This document shows, piece by piece, positions 14,117 to 28,289 of a stretch of DNA of 64,000 bases (position 1 is the first letter of the stretch; each line of letters starts with the position of its first letter). The notes below the pieces were generated by a model. That model made no database searches and was not told where the DNA came from. It worked only from the letters and a program-made list of their open reading frames with translations. The position numbers and the translations under genes were made by a program. This DNA is from the human T2T-CHM13v2.0 reference genome, Homo sapiens, in assembly GCF_009914755.1 (NCBI RefSeq), contig NC_060934.1; one strand, written 5' to 3'.

Positions 14117-14700
14117 AGGGCAGCAGTGGCAAACGGTTTATCTCAGGTGGCTGTTTTGAAAGTTTGAGGGTGACTGCCCAGGGTGTAGTGTTGAGAAATC
14201 TAGGGCCACATCTGGACTCATTTACAGAAGTCAGCATTAATTAGTGATGTCTGCTGTGGTGTGGGATGGGGAGGTGGTGGCTCTCAGGCTGGGCACATGC
14301 CAAAACAGATCCAGGGCTAAATTCTAAAGTATTGTTGCTGCGCTGCAGTGGTTTCCTGAAGGGTTATCCCCCTCCTAGCTCCCAGCACTTTGGGGTAGAG
14401 ATTATAACTTTTCTAATTTATAATCTATGGGAGTATACTTCTGTCTCCTACAGATTCTAATATAGATCTAGATACATAGTAGACACTGAAGAGGGGAATA
14501 CTTACAGCATGCTAGAGGTGGAAGGAATTCTAGAGATCACTGAGTTCAGGGATGGCAAGTAGGTCTCCTCTTGCTACCAATCCTGAACAAACAGTGATGA
14601 CTTTCAGGAGATGTGCTGATTCAGAGACTCAGATCTGGCTCAGTTGGGTCAATTAGTGATGTCTGTCATGGGCTCAGCCATGGTAGTAGTTGTACCAAGG
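14117..14700 (+). mobile_element. Two MER102-like (hAT) fragments (~14117-14280 and ~14547-14700)
   Basis: Both begin cagg/gcag-gtggcaaa...; share catctgg(a)ctca and aattagtgatgtctg. Confidence 0.55.
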
Positions 14701-17700
14701 TATTGCTATCCCTGTTGTATTTCAGTCTTCCAAATATATTGATATGGAAACTAGGACTCAGAGTGGGTAATCTGTCAGAGGTTACCCCGCTGCTTGCTTG
14801 GATGGTTAGAGAATCCTCACTCCTTCCAAAGGAGTTTCCCTGTCAGAGGTCAGGGTAAGGAAGGTAGAATCTTCAAAGCCTGGATAGACAAACTGATGAT
14901 GTGTCTTTCTGAGACTGGTTCCTACAGCTGTAGTCTTTGTATGTCTTCATGCGGTTTTTAAACTTTTAAACTTTCACCTTTTGATATAGTAGGTGGTAGG
15001 TACAATAGAAACGCTGTACATGGCATTTAAAGGCAAATTGGATTTTCTTCTGGCAGCCACCCTGGACTTCAGACTTGCAGGCCCCAGAGCACAGTTTATC
15101 TCCCCATCTGCAAGAGCGATTTTCCATTTGCTCCACAATGGGAAATAAGAATCCATCATGTGCCATTGTGTCAGGAAGGTGGTGTCTACTTTAATAAATT
15201 TGCTTTTAAATGCTGGCTGTCTCTGGAGATCGTTTCGCTCATGCCTGCAGACAAAGTGATTAAAGTTGCAGAGTATACATGGTTCCTGCAAAGACCCAGA
15301 AGGGGTCTTCTCGGTCCATATCTGAAACCCTTGCCACATAGGGGAATGAATGAACCAAGATAATTCCTCTCCTGTGAGAGTCTCAGTGCCACAGGCTGAA
15401 GCACACACAGGGAAGAATTGAGGATATTTATTTTTCTTTAAGTTGTTTTCCCCCAGGAAAAAAACCCACAGGCTGGAGATGTATACCTCAAGTCATTGAT
15501 TTTATTTCCTCTCAAATTGACCTTGCTTTTCTAGGACTTTGCCTCTTTAAGTGTACCAGGTGTGACATCTTTGTAAGTAAATGAAGTGCTGTGTAATGTT
15601 CCCCTTCACCTCCTCCAACAAAAAAGTGATTTGAAATCTGGGTTAAAAATAAGTGTCACATATATATATTACAATATTTTCCCAAATGCCTGTGCTTTAA
15701 AAATGGGTGAAGGGACAGTTAACATGCTCTTCAGTGGTATCTGAATCTTGAATTTTATTTTTCCAGGTCTAGTCCCTATATAGTTGATCATTCACAGTGA
15801 CTCTAGGCTGATCTCTTGCCCTCTCTGGGCCTGTTTTGCCATCTATCAAATGGGCTAACTTTGGGCCTGAGCAGCAGGAAGCGTGATAGAGCACCAGGCT
15901 GTGAGGGTGGCTCCCTTTTGTGTCTCTGCATTGAGCAAGATAGAGTTTGACCTGCTGCCTACCAAGTGTCCTGCCATGAGTCCCAGAGCCCTGCAGTTAA
16001 TAGCAGCCACGCCCTCCACCTCACTGCCTGCTTCTGTGAGAGCGCTTTCAAATCTCTCATTCCTCTCATCTCACAATTACCCTGTGAAGGCGGGACTGGT
16101 ATTGCATTGTACAAAAGAGGAAAGAAACCTGGGCTTGGAGAGGTTGCTAATAATGACAACCACTAGCAGTTTTTCAGCTTTTATTATGTGCCAGGCACTG
16201 CGCGAGCTTGTTGAATGCATTGCCTCATTTATTCTTCAGAGCAACCCTAACCCTATGAGGTAGGCATCATTTCTCCCATCTTATTGTGAAGGAAACAGAC
16301 TCAGAGAGGTGAAGTGATTTGCCCAAGGCCAGACCCCTTCACAGAGACCTGCCTTGTGAGACGGCACCTGCAAGGAGAGGGAAGGCATTGGTAGCAGTGA
16401 AGTCCATTCCAGAGAGCGGGCAGGGAGTGACAGCAGGAGCCCCAGAGACCCCCAGGACCTGACTCAGCCTGGCAGTCTGTTTGGGTCTCCCCAGGAGAGT
16501 AGACGGTGGATGGGGAGGTGAGGCTTGAGGGTTAGGACAGAGAAGAGGGGGTTTTCTTAGAGAGCTCAAGGGACAGGAGGAGAGAAGAGAGACAGAGCAC
16601 AAGCCCCAGGACCTGTATCCAGGACATTGGTCATTTCTCAGGACCCCAGGCATTTCCCTCCATCCCTCTTAGCTCTTTGCTTCCTTGCAGCTCAGACCTC
16701 TAAAATCCTCCCCTCATTTCCACACTTCACCTCCTCACCTGTGGACTCTGGGTCTGCACCCTCTGCTTCTCACACTTCCTTGCTGCAGACTCCAACCTCA
16801 GGGGGAACCCCAAAGGCCCAACCCTCCCCAGCACTGAGTATCAGAAGTGCCACAGCCCTGCCATTAAAGGGGGCCACCACCTCCTTTCCCCGTAGCTTGG
16901 TCTTAGTGATGCTGGCCACCCTACTGCAAGGCCCAGGCCCAGGAGTAGACAGTACCCGAGTTTGGGTGTCCTTCCCTTCCCCCGACACCATGCCCAAGGA
17001 GGAGCAGCAGCAGTGCAGCTTCCTGGGAATGAGGCTTTCTTTCCACCTTCTCCTCGTCCATTGCCCTGGAAATACCTGTAGCAGGTGGGCAGGCTGGCAG
17101 GGAAGGCCAGGCGCATCTGATGTCACTGCTCCCCAGCATTGTTTTGGTTCTGACCACAGTGGGGGTGGGGTGTATGTCTGTGTGCTAAGTCCACTCAGTC
17201 CCAGGGCAAGCTGGGGCTTTGTCTCCCTCTCCCCTGCCAAGCTCCCTGGTTCCTGGCTGAAAGCATTTCCAGGGTGTCAGAAGCTGTTGGCATCGCCAGG
17301 GCTGCCAAGGGGAGGAGGGGCAGGAGAGTTGGGTGGGGGTGTGAGGGTCCTCCTCCCCAGAGATCCCCATAGCCTGGGAGTGAGAGGTGGACACTGTACC
17401 CCTGGTCAGTAGGGGAGCAGGGGTCCGCAGGACACTAGGAAAGCTGGTTCACGCATGTCTCCCAGGAGGTGTTCAGGGAGCATTTGTTAAGATGGGGATC
17501 GCTGCAAGGTGGAGGGTCCCAGGGACCCCCTTCTGGTTCCAGGCGTGTCCTTCCTGCTCACTATATCATGTCAACTCCATCAACCTTTAGCCAGGTCCAC
17601 GCTCGCCAACCAGCAGTCCAGTTTCCCAACTCAGCACAGGGGGAAACGGATGCCTAGTAGAGAGGACAAAAATGAGCTCAACGTCACATCAAGTCAGCAG

Positions 17701-18499
17701 TATTGTTGGGACTGGACTCCGAAGTCTGACTCTTGGTTCAATGCTCTTTCCCCTATAGCAGGTGGTTATGCAAAGTAATGTAAATTATATGCAAATGTCT
17801 GTGGCTTCCTACCTACGCCTAGCAGAGGGGGTTTTGTGCCCTACTGGGGCTGGCGGGAGTCTTCTCCCGTCACAAGACTATCAGTTCTGAAAGGGCTCGT
17901 GGTAATTGTTTTACCCACTATCTGACTCAGGGCCTGGGCCCCAACCTTCTGTGGTGATCAGGAGGAGCACAAATGGCTCTGGGACCATGGGTACCTGGCG
18001 TCCTGCTGTCGTGGGGGGCATAGGGCTGACAATGCCAGGAAATGGCCAGAGGAAGCCTCTGGATAGGCCCCTAGAGTCCACACGACAGTGTGGGCCTGGC
18101 TTGGGGAGGTTTTCTCACGAGTCCTGGGAAGTCGGCTTACTGTCTCCAGGCCCCCTGGGTCCCCATCAATAAGCTGGCCTGAATGGAGAGGCTGGGTTGG
18201 GGGGAGGGAGATTTATTTCCTGGCTTTAAAACCAGCCATTCTCCCGCCTCCCACCTTCCTCCTGGCTGGAGAACAATGGGACATCCCCAGAGAGGCCTTC
18301 CTGTGGCAACAGGTGCACTGAGCAGGGTGGATGACCACCACCCAGGCCCCCATAGGTTCCAGCTGTGCACGTGGTGAGCCTCCACCATTGGTCCTGCTTC
18401 CAGAACAGCAGCCTGGCGCCCTTAGAAACAACACCAGGCACTGACCCTTTCTCCACTATTTCTGGGTCCAGGAAGTGGCTTGTTTGTTTGTTTCTACAG

Positions 18500-19000
18500 T
18501 CCAGATAATGTTGCCATATTTCCCCAAATGGTGGGAACTAAGTTCTGAAAAATAATCACCCTTAATCCCACCCAGACACAACTACTACTTGCATATTCGT
18601 GTGTTTCCTTTCAGGCTCATGCCCAGGTTTGTTTTATGATGTCATCACATACTTACAGGTTTCATTTCATGCTCAGGCCTCTACACTTAACATTATTCCA
18701 TGAATCTTTCTCGTATAATTACATAGACTTCATAATTAGCCATTAATACCCGAGAAGAACCCACAGTGGGGATATACTTTAATTTACTCAAGCAGTTCTC
18801 CCTTTGTTGGGTATCTTACTCTGGTAAATAACACTGCGTTGAACATCTCCATGCTCACAGCTTGGTTGGGTTCCTTGGGAGAGATTCCCAAAAGTAGAAT
18901 TCTAGGTAAAAAGACACGCCCTCATTCATACATGCTGCTAGATTGCTTTGTGGATTTGATGCAAGTGTCGTCACCAAGTTGTCATTCTCCGAAGTCCCAG
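18500..19000 (-). mobile_element. Old L1 (L1ME-like) fragment
   Basis: AT-rich with typical antisense L1ME phrases (agattcccaaaagtagaattctagg, acttaacattattccatg). Confidence 0.5.
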
Positions 19001-22000
19001 CAGTTGTTCATGGGCCCACAGGGTGGTAAGAAGTATTTCCTAGACAGCCCAGACTTCCAAATGTCACCGGCTGTCACTGATTATGGGGGGAGGGAATGTG
19101 AATTGACACAAAAGGAGCTTGGGGCTCTCACTTCCAGGGTCCCTAACTTAGAAACACCCCCGGGCTTTAGGGACAGGCTTTACTAAGAGGCCACTCCTTG
19201 TTCGTAATTAGCGCCATCCATCCCCAGTCAGATCTGGAATGAGCGGAAGCCCTTTAAAGTAATTTGCTCTTTTAATATCACCCCTGTGATCTCATTTAAT
19301 TTTCTCAACCAAACTTCATTCACAGAGGAAGCCAAAAGCACTCCACCAGCCCGGACTGAATTCTCACCCTTTCCAAACAGTGGCTCTGGACTTCTGCAAG
19401 CTCTGCTGAGATTTGTCTGGCCTCCAGCAGCTTGCATCCGAAGCCAAAGGGCTGTCTCTGTCCAACAACAAAAGGCAAGAGCATAGTGTAAAAGCTGTGG
19501 CTTTAAACATAGGCAAGCAGCTGCCACTGCCTGCTCTGAGCCCCCACGGTGGGGAGGAAATCGACTATGTATTGAGTCATACGCCCTGGCAGGCTCCGTG
19601 CTGGACATTTGTTCGGTTGGGCGGGGGCATGTTCTCAGTGATCCTTCTGTGAACCCTGTGAGATTGGTATGAGCACCCATTTTACAGATAAGGAAACTTA
19701 TCTGTAAGCTCTGAGTTGCAATGACTTGTCAAGGTCCCTACCATAGCCCCTTCTTTGGAAGATCTCCAGGTGACATTGCACATGGAGCTGTGGCACTGCT
19801 GTCACAATGTCATACCCCAGAGGTGAACAGGTGAGTGGACGAGTACCCGCCACACCCCTATGCTGCTGCCACTCACACAGCCACTCCCAGCCCTGGCCCC
19901 AGCTCCTCCAGGAAGGGAGCCTCCCTCCGCTGAGCCAGCAGAGCTCTCAGGCCATTGGCAGCTGGGCTCAGGAGAGCCATGGTGATTTATGGCTGCCGCG
20001 TCTCCCCAGTGCCCTGCCTGGGCCCAGTGTACTTATGGACTAATGGAAGCTCGAATGGAGGGAGATAATTCTGCCAGGAGCTGGCTCCAGTGACAGGGGC
20101 AACCACCATTGCCTCAGGGCAAGGATAGGTTCGGGAACAGAGGGGACTTGGGCAGAGGCCAGAGGCAGAGGCGCTGAAGGCTCTGAGAGCAGATGGAGCC
20201 CAGGTGGGGACTCGGGCGTGCAGAGGGTGGCACTTCCTGGCAGCCCAGTCCCCAGACTGGCTTCTCCAGGGCCCCCAGAAGGGAGCCAAGAGGTGGGCCA
20301 GGAGCCCAAGGCCCCAGAGGCCTAGCAGCACACCTGCCCGTGCATTTGGTGTGTGGGTTTTGATATTCTTAGAACATCCAAGCTTCTCACCTAACCCCCT
20401 CAATGATAGATGGGGAAGCAGGGGCCCAGAAAGGGTCAGGGACTTGTCCAGGGTCACACAGCATGTTAGTTACTGAGCTGAGACAAGAACCCTGGGATGT
20501 CACAAGAACACGGCAGCCGGTGTGGAGTGGAGAGGAAGACCTTGGGCAGGGTGGGCAGGAGGGTGAGCACAGAGCAGGGAAGGTGCAGGAAGACGACAGT
20601 CATGGTCAGGGATTAAAGAGGATGCTAAGGAGGAGGCTGGGACAGCCCCAACAGCGGGGCCCAGAGGAAGGGGTGCAGCAGCTGGCATCGACCCTCCTGG
20701 TAAGGGAGGGTTAAGGGGGACCTGGAAACCCACAGCCCCACTGGGTTCCCTCTGTGAGCCAGCAGGTGCTTCCTGGGGCTCTGCTGGGCCCTGAGGGGTG
20801 AGCACCCCCGGATCCCACCTAGCTCCTTTCCACTGATGTCCTCCAGCCAGCATGGCCCACCACTCAGCTCTCCTGAGCCTCTCTCTGTGTCTTCTTAAAT
20901 GGGACCGTTATGCCTACCTCAAAGGGTAAGTGGGAGGTAAGTGAATAGGGAAGTTCAGGTTGAGAGAAAGCCGAAGGGAAGAAGAGACGCCCACCTCAGT
21001 TCAGATGTCTCAGGACCCCTGGCACCTCTCTTGCCCCCTTCCCCCTCCAGGCCCACCCAGGCGAGTCACATAGGTTGCTAGTGCCTCAGTGTATCCCATC
21101 TGTGAAATGGGCTCCCCTCCCAGCCCCTGGCAAGAAGGCATATCCCTGACTGGGTGGTGAGCTTCCTCCTGCATGCCAAGCCCACACAGCATCTTCGAGG
21201 AGCGCCTCGGTGGTGAGCTGCACCAGCCTGGACTGAATTCTCACCGTGGAGAGATGTACATGCCAGGTGCTCCTTGGAGGTGCTGTGTGGGTTTGGAAGA
21301 TGTTTTCCATGGCTTGGGGCCCAGCAGCCCTCTGGGGCCTGACAAGGAGTGAGGAAACAACCGCGCCTGTTGTAGGGCAAAGAGGAACCTCTGTCCCCTC
21401 CCTGGAATCACTGCAGGCTGTGGCCAGGTGTGCAGGGAACTCTTTCAGGTCATCTGGCTCAGTGGCTTCCACAAACACCTAGAATCCGTGCTGTGCATAG
21501 GCACCTGCCTGTGCTAAAGCCGTTTGATATATGTGAGCTCCTGGAGGTAGGCAATGTTCTGATACCCTCTTTAGAGGTGGGGAAACAGAGGCCAGAGGCT
21601 TGAAGTGCCATGCCCAAGAAACACGTGCTTTCACTGGGAACTGTTTTTGAGAGTTCACCTGATGCCAGGTGCACAGGAGCTAAGGCATTACTTATCCTCT
21701 AGGCTAGGGACTGTTAGCCCATTTTACAGGCGGAGAAACCAAGGCCAGGGAGACAAAATCACCTGCCTGAAGGCCCCACAGCTATCGATGCCGAGACTCT
21801 ATCCTGCGGATGTTGGGCTCTTTCCACTGAGTAAGGTTCCCTCACTCTCTAGTGCCACATGGGGTGCCCTCAGTCTGGGCCAGGGCAGGGCAGATGCAGG
21901 GCCCCCCACTCCCCTCCTAGGATACAGGAATCTGTATTGCCTCAGGCTTGTCTCTGCCCACCTGCTGGCCAAGTCCAGGACAGAAAGAGAGGGCTCACAA

Positions 22001-22719
22001 ATTGGGAGACTCTGGGCTGAAGACCTGGTGGTCTCAGCCATTTTTGTTTCTTGAGGGTCCCAAGACCACCCATTCCTCCTCCAAGCCCAGCCCTGTAGCT
22101 CCTCCAGGAAGCCTGGCCCCTTCCTGAGCTGTGTGGCCAGCTCTCTATGCTTCTTCTGGAACCTCCACTCCAGAGCACCTGAGAGCAGCAGGACAAGCCG
22201 TGGTCTTGGGCAGCGTCCTTTCAGAGGAGGAAGGTCCAGAGAGGGGAAGGGACTTGTCCAAGGTCACACAGCTAGCGACATCCCAAGCAGCCCTGCTGGA
22301 GCTCTTCAGAGAAAGGACAGGAGGAGCCAAGGGTGAGCTTGGCCAAGCTGGCACCCACTTGCCTCCAGAGTCACCAAGGTCCCCACCCTGCCCCAACATT
22401 GCCTTTTCCCGAGGAGTTGATTCCCAACCCAGCAGAGGAGCTGCCAGATGGGTAAAGACCCTCCTGCTGAAGAACTGAGCATCCCAATCCCCTCTTGTCC
22501 TCCCCGCCCAGTGGCCAGCCAGGTACTGCCCTGTCCAGGAGGCAGCTGACAGGCAACAGGGAAGAGCTGAGCCTCAGGGCAGGCAGCCCGTGTGAGGCCA
22601 CGTGAGCCCAATGTCACCAGGGTCCCATCGGGTGAACTGGGATAGAATGGCCCAGCCTTTCCTCATGGGCAGGGTGGAGGGAGGTGAAGTATGGCCATTC
22701 ATTAGAAAAGTAATGACTG

Positions 22720-23030
22720 GGCCGGGTGCAGTGGCTCACACCTATAATCCCAGCACTTTGGGAGGCCAATGCAATAGGATTGCCTGAGGTCAGGAGTTCA
22801 AGACCAGCCTGGCCAACATGGCAAAACCCTTCTCTACTGAAAATACAAAAACTAGCCAGGTGTGGTGGTGTGTGCCTGTAATTCCAGCTACTCAGGAGGC
22901 TGAGGCAGGAGAATCATTTGAACCCGGGAGGCAGAGGTTGTAGTGAGCCGATATGCCACTGCCCTATAGCCTGGGTGATATAGCGAGACTCCATCTCAAA
23001 AAAAAAAAAAAAAGGAAAAGAGAAAAATAA
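22720..23030 (+). mobile_element. AluS element
   Basis: ggccgggtgcagtggctcacacctataatccc...gcgagactccatctcaaaa; TSD core TAATGACT. Confidence 0.95.
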
Positions 23031-26000
23031 TAATGACTAATCTTGGACTTGGGCAGCCCTTCATAGTTTATGAAGCACTTCTGCATCTATAAGAGAATGT
23101 GTTCTGTTCACCCATTCAAAGACTAAGAAACCGAGGCTCAGAGAGGCAAAGTGGCTAGCCCAGTCACACAGCCAGTTAGACTGTGGGGAGGACTTCAGCC
23201 TACACAAGGTCAGCGTGAGTTTACTGAACGCTGCAGTCAGGCCCTGTGCTTGATACATTCACATACATGACTCTGTTTACCATAACGACAGCCCTGGGAG
23301 ATTCCTGTGGATTGTCCCATTTTATAGAGGAGGAAATATAGACCCGTGACTTGCCCAGGCCCCACAGGGAGGGAGTGTGGAGTTCGGTAGCTCAGCCATA
23401 GCCAGGCTCAGCCAGGTCAGTGGGCGTGGGTCCCTGCCCAACTTGCTGAGGGTCTCAAGGGTGTATTCTGCCCACCTCCTGAGTTTGGGGTAGATAGCCC
23501 AGGGGACTGGATAGGGGCAGCTCGGAGTCTGCCCATCGTGGCTGTGGGAACACTGCCTGCTGGGGACAGTGCCTGGAACAGCACAGTTTGGGTTTAAGCT
23601 GGAGCCTCTAGGGGACAAACAAGCCAACTGCCAGGCAGGAGCTTCATCATGGTAGCTCCTGGTGGAGAGAGGTAGGGGGGGCATGAAGCATCAGGAGCAG
23701 AGGCACTGATGCCCTCTCCTTCCTGTGGCCCAGCATGGGGGTGGCCACCGCTCTGGCCACTGCCCAAGGGGGTGGCTTCTCTGCTTTTGCCAGCTGTCTC
23801 CAGCCTGAGATCCAAAACTCAGCTTGAGAAACCACACCTGAGAAATCCGGCATTCCATTCCTTGCCAGGGGCCTCAGGATAGGGGAGGCAAGCAGGGGTG
23901 CTCGGGGACCGCCTTTCCCCACAACCCTAGGGAGGAGGTGGAGTGGGTGGAGGCGAGAGAGGCGGGCTGGGCCCGGGAGCACGGAGGCCTCTAATGGCAC
24001 CGGGTGTGGCCCATAGTCCCGCTGGCTAGCTGCCTTGTTTCCTAATTAAAGTGCCCTTATGAAAATGCCCTCCGGTCCAGGCCCAGTGCTGCTGGGTGAG
24101 GCAGGCACCTCCCAAAAAATCTCAGCAGCTTTCCTGTCTTCCCTGCAGGGCCTCTGGGCTCAGGGCCTTTGGTCATCTGGGGGAGGCTGGGGGGCATCAG
24201 GGCTATGTTCACCCTGTTATCGTCACTGTGCTCCCAGAAGCTGTTCTCTGCCATCCCATTGCTGAAGGCAGCAGGCCGTCCTCATTAAAGAGCCTCGGCA
24301 GCCAGGATCAAAGGCACTATTGAAGAGGCTCCTAAGAGCTGGGGGACGCCAGGGCCAGAAGACGGGAGGAGGAGGTAGCAAGGAGACTGAGTCACTGCAG
24401 GCCAATTGTGATGAGTGGGCAGTGGGTGGCTGGAGCCAGGTTTTCAGGCTGGGAGGAAAGCCCAGCCAAGAGGCCCAGGAAGGGGCGGGCAGGCAGCTGG
24501 GAGCCCTGCGGAGAGGTTGCTGCTGTTGCGCTGGGACACCTCCGCTGCTGAGCAAGACTGCTCCCCCGCAGCCCTTACGAAAGCCACCTTCTGGTGAGGG
24601 CAGCAGAGCAGCCGGCTGGTTCACTATTAGGGGCCAGCGTGGGAATGGGGAGAGGATGGGACCTTGAGTCCCAATCTTTCCATTTGGGAAGCCCATAATT
24701 GACAGGGCTGCACCGAGGGTGGCAAGCTGGCAGTACCTAGAGGCTGTCATTATGGAATAAGGGCCCCTCAGTTCTTTAGGCAAGTCACCCCAACTCTCTG
24801 GACCCTGTTTTTCCCTTGGGTTGAGTGAGGGTGAATAGGGATTAATGAGATGGGGAGGGGGTGGAATATCTTCATCACTTGATTGGTTGTGGCTGAGTAT
24901 AGTCCTGTGCTGAGAAGGAGGCCTTGTCCAGATGTGCCACAATTTATTAGTGATGCTTGCCACAGCCTCAGGATTGGCCAGGTGGCCGTGCATTTGCCCC
25001 TAGACTAGATTGACTCTATAGCCCTTGCACACTCTAATATCCTGAGATTCTGAGGCTGACAAAGCCCAGGCTGGCATGCAAAAGACCTCCCAAATGCTGG
25101 CCCTGACTTCCCCAAAGGACATCCTTCCCTGAGACGTCAGTGGAAATCTGAGCCTCAATTTCTTCATCTTTCAAAGGGAGAGAAGGACTCAGCTGGACCT
25201 CTCACCTGCCTCAACCTGCAAAACACATCATTCTTAGTATTAACCGAGTCCTTCCTTGTGCCCCTCCTTGTGCCCAGTGCAGTGAGGAGTGCAAGATGGA
25301 GTGTACCTACACTCTAGAGTCTTGCCCTGTGCAGGCCTGGCTGGAGCCCTGCATCTGCCTCTTACTGGCTGTGTGACTGGGGGCAAGTTATTTTAAGCAC
25401 TGAACCTTGGTTAGTAAAATAGGGGTAATGGTACCTGTCCACAGGGTTGCTGTGCCCATTGAATACAACTACATAAAGCCTGTGACCCCAGGCCTGGCAC
25501 AGAACACCCAGCCCTTAGATGGGGGCTCTGACGGGAAGGGTTACAAGAGAGGCCTCAGTTGACTTCTTTGCCTATTCTGACCTTGGCTTTGGATGGGAAT
25601 TTGGACGGGGGTGGGATGGGGTAGGGGGGAGGTGGGAAGATAGTTTCAAAGCAACACAGGCCCAGACTGTTTGCTCTCAACTCTCCCAAGACCGCAGCCC
25701 CAGCCTGAGCTGGCTTCTCCATAAACTCCTGGTCCCTTCCTTTAACCAGCCCCATAAAAAGGGAGTGGGGCAGGAGGGAGTCTGGCTGCAGACTTTGTAA
25801 TTTGGCTTGGAGGTGGCTCCTGTTCGTTCTAACCAGGCTGTAATTACGGCTGGCACCCGACACCCCCTCATTACCGGAGCCTGGAAGGAGGACTCTAATT
25901 ATAGCATACTGGGTCCGGGCTGGAGTGGGTTGGGGGAGGGAGACCACAGTGGAGGCCTGTGTAGGCAGAGAGAGACTCTGAGCTGGCTGGGGGGATGGGG

Positions 26001-28289
26001 CAGGGCCAGGATTGTGGGGGGGCTGTCCTGGGCTCCTCATTTGTCTTGCTTTCAGAGTCATCGTTGGGAGGGATGGGGCATAGATCGAATCCAGGCCACT
26101 TCCTTGGGGAGAACAGGACCCAGAGGAGCCCGCCCGGGAGACTCATTCATTCATGCACGAAGGATTTATTAAGCATCTACTGTGTGCCAGGCTGGCACTG
26201 GGTTACAGCAGTGGGTAAACAGGTGCCATCCAGCCAGAAATGATGTTCAAGGAGAAAGCACATTAAAGCCATCTTGCTGCTGGAAATATCTGAAGAAGTC
26301 CACATTGATGGCAAATGGCCACCATCATGAGCCTTGATTACCGTCTAGTCACCCCAGTCACTCCCCTGAACCCCCTGGGCCTCACTTGGCACAGCAGGGC
26401 CCCAGGACCCTCCCCCAGAACCCTGTCAGACTGTTGGCTGCCCACGCAGGTTAAATGTGTGGCTGTCACTGAGCCTCTGCCCTGGGACCACACAGTCGAT
26501 GGGGGCACAGACATTAAAGGAAATACACAAATAAGTATATAACTTGAAAAGGTAATGAGGGTAATAAGGAAAAGAGATGCCAGACGAAGAGCCAGGGCCC
26601 TGGTTTAGGTGGGAGTGGTGCAGTCAGGGCTCTCTGGGGAAGTGAACTTTAAGGTGATACCTGGAGAAGGAACAGGGTTTAGCCAGGTAGGGGTGGGAAG
26701 GCAGCATTCCAGGTGTCTCCATGGAGGCTTGCAGCCTGGGCATCCTACGTTCTGAGGTGTCCCCACACCGGGGTGGAGGCAGTGGGGTTTCTCCTGCATG
26801 TCATACAAAGAGCACTGGACTAAGTCTGTAGACTTGGTGCTCAGGCCCAGCTCTGCCAGGAACTGTGTGGCCTCAGGCTAGTCACACCCTCTGTGGGCCT
26901 CAGTTTCCTCATCTGTCCAAAGGGAGGCCCCTTCAGGCCACAAGCCCTCCCTCCCCAAGCCTGAGGTTTTGAGGAGTCCAGCAAGTTCTGTTCAAATGCC
27001 ACTTTTCGGGATGCCCCTGATGACTGAAAGGCAGCCAGGGCACGGGGGAGGGGGCCAGAGAGCTCGAGCTGAGAGCTCCAGACATCCCATCCCCTTCTCT
27101 GAGTTATTAAGAGCCACCCGGAAGCAGACACAAAGAGAATTGTCCTGAGCTAGATAGAGCCAGCCCCCAGCCCCCAGCCGAGAACAATCAGAGAGGAAAA
27201 CCAAGGCCATTTGTCCAACACGGAGTGCGGCAGTGACGGCGGCTGGGAAAATGCCGAGTATTTCTCAGCTAAAATTAGCCACCTACTAAACCTTTACATC
27301 AAGGGCAACCTGAAGCCTCTATTGTTTTGAACTTGGAATCCCAGAGGACTTGGGGGCAGGGCTTCTCAGGAGAAGCAAATGACCATCCCCTCTCCCAGGG
27401 GCTGGGCTAGCCAACACCAAGCCAGTCCTTGAGCCACAGGGGTGCCCAGTAAGTTACCAGGGGACAAACGGACAGACAGGGAGGGAGTCTAGCTGCCCAA
27501 AGTCACCAAGCATTGGTGGCTGACACAGCTTCTGGTTGCCCCATTTGAGACATTCTTCCTTCACCAGTGATATTGATGTACTCTGAGCTACATGGGTGGC
27601 AGGGAATGGGGAATGTTGAACTAGAAGAAATTGCTGGAAATATAAGAAAATAACTCTTTATCCTTTCCAGAGGAAGCAGTCAGAATGGGCATCCCTATTT
27701 GCTAATGGTGGATAGTTCCTGCCATTGGGGTGGCAAACCTGGCTTAGAATCTTTCCTCTGCCACTTAGTAACTGTCTGACTTTGTACAACTTTAGATAAA
27801 CAATAGAGATGGCTATTGATACCAACCTCATAAGATTGCTGCAACAATTAAATGAAATAATGTAGAAGATATAGGTATTAGCAATGGTAATAATAAAAAC
27901 AAGAATGCCGCTTTTGTTCATTAAGTCTTTTTAACATGCCCAGCACTCCTCTAAGCTCATTGCGTGTATTAACATGTCTAATCCATGCTAGAAATACTAT
28001 TACCCCATTCTGCAGAGAAGGAAATGGAGGCCCAGAGAGGCGAATTTGCAGGAACACAGGTGATGGCCATCATTTATTGTTATTGCCACACAGCAGGTCC
28101 TGATTCCGGCTCAGATAGCGAAAGCCTGGCACCATGCTGCTGTGTAATTCCTTCAGCTCCTTTTGAAAAGTCTCCAGCTGAATCATAGAAGTGTTAAGGA
28201 AAAGGAAGCTGACATATGTTAAGCACCATTATGTGCACTAAGCGTTTGATATTTCTGTCGGGAGGCAAGAGAGCATAGAGCCGTGTGTG

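Noticed and set aside
16627-17412. 261-aa + strand ORF (also 24223-24993 and 47658-48494 on the minus strand)
   Set aside because: No recognisable domain, non-ATG or weak starts, and composition typical of GC-rich intron or L2 sequence; expected by chance.
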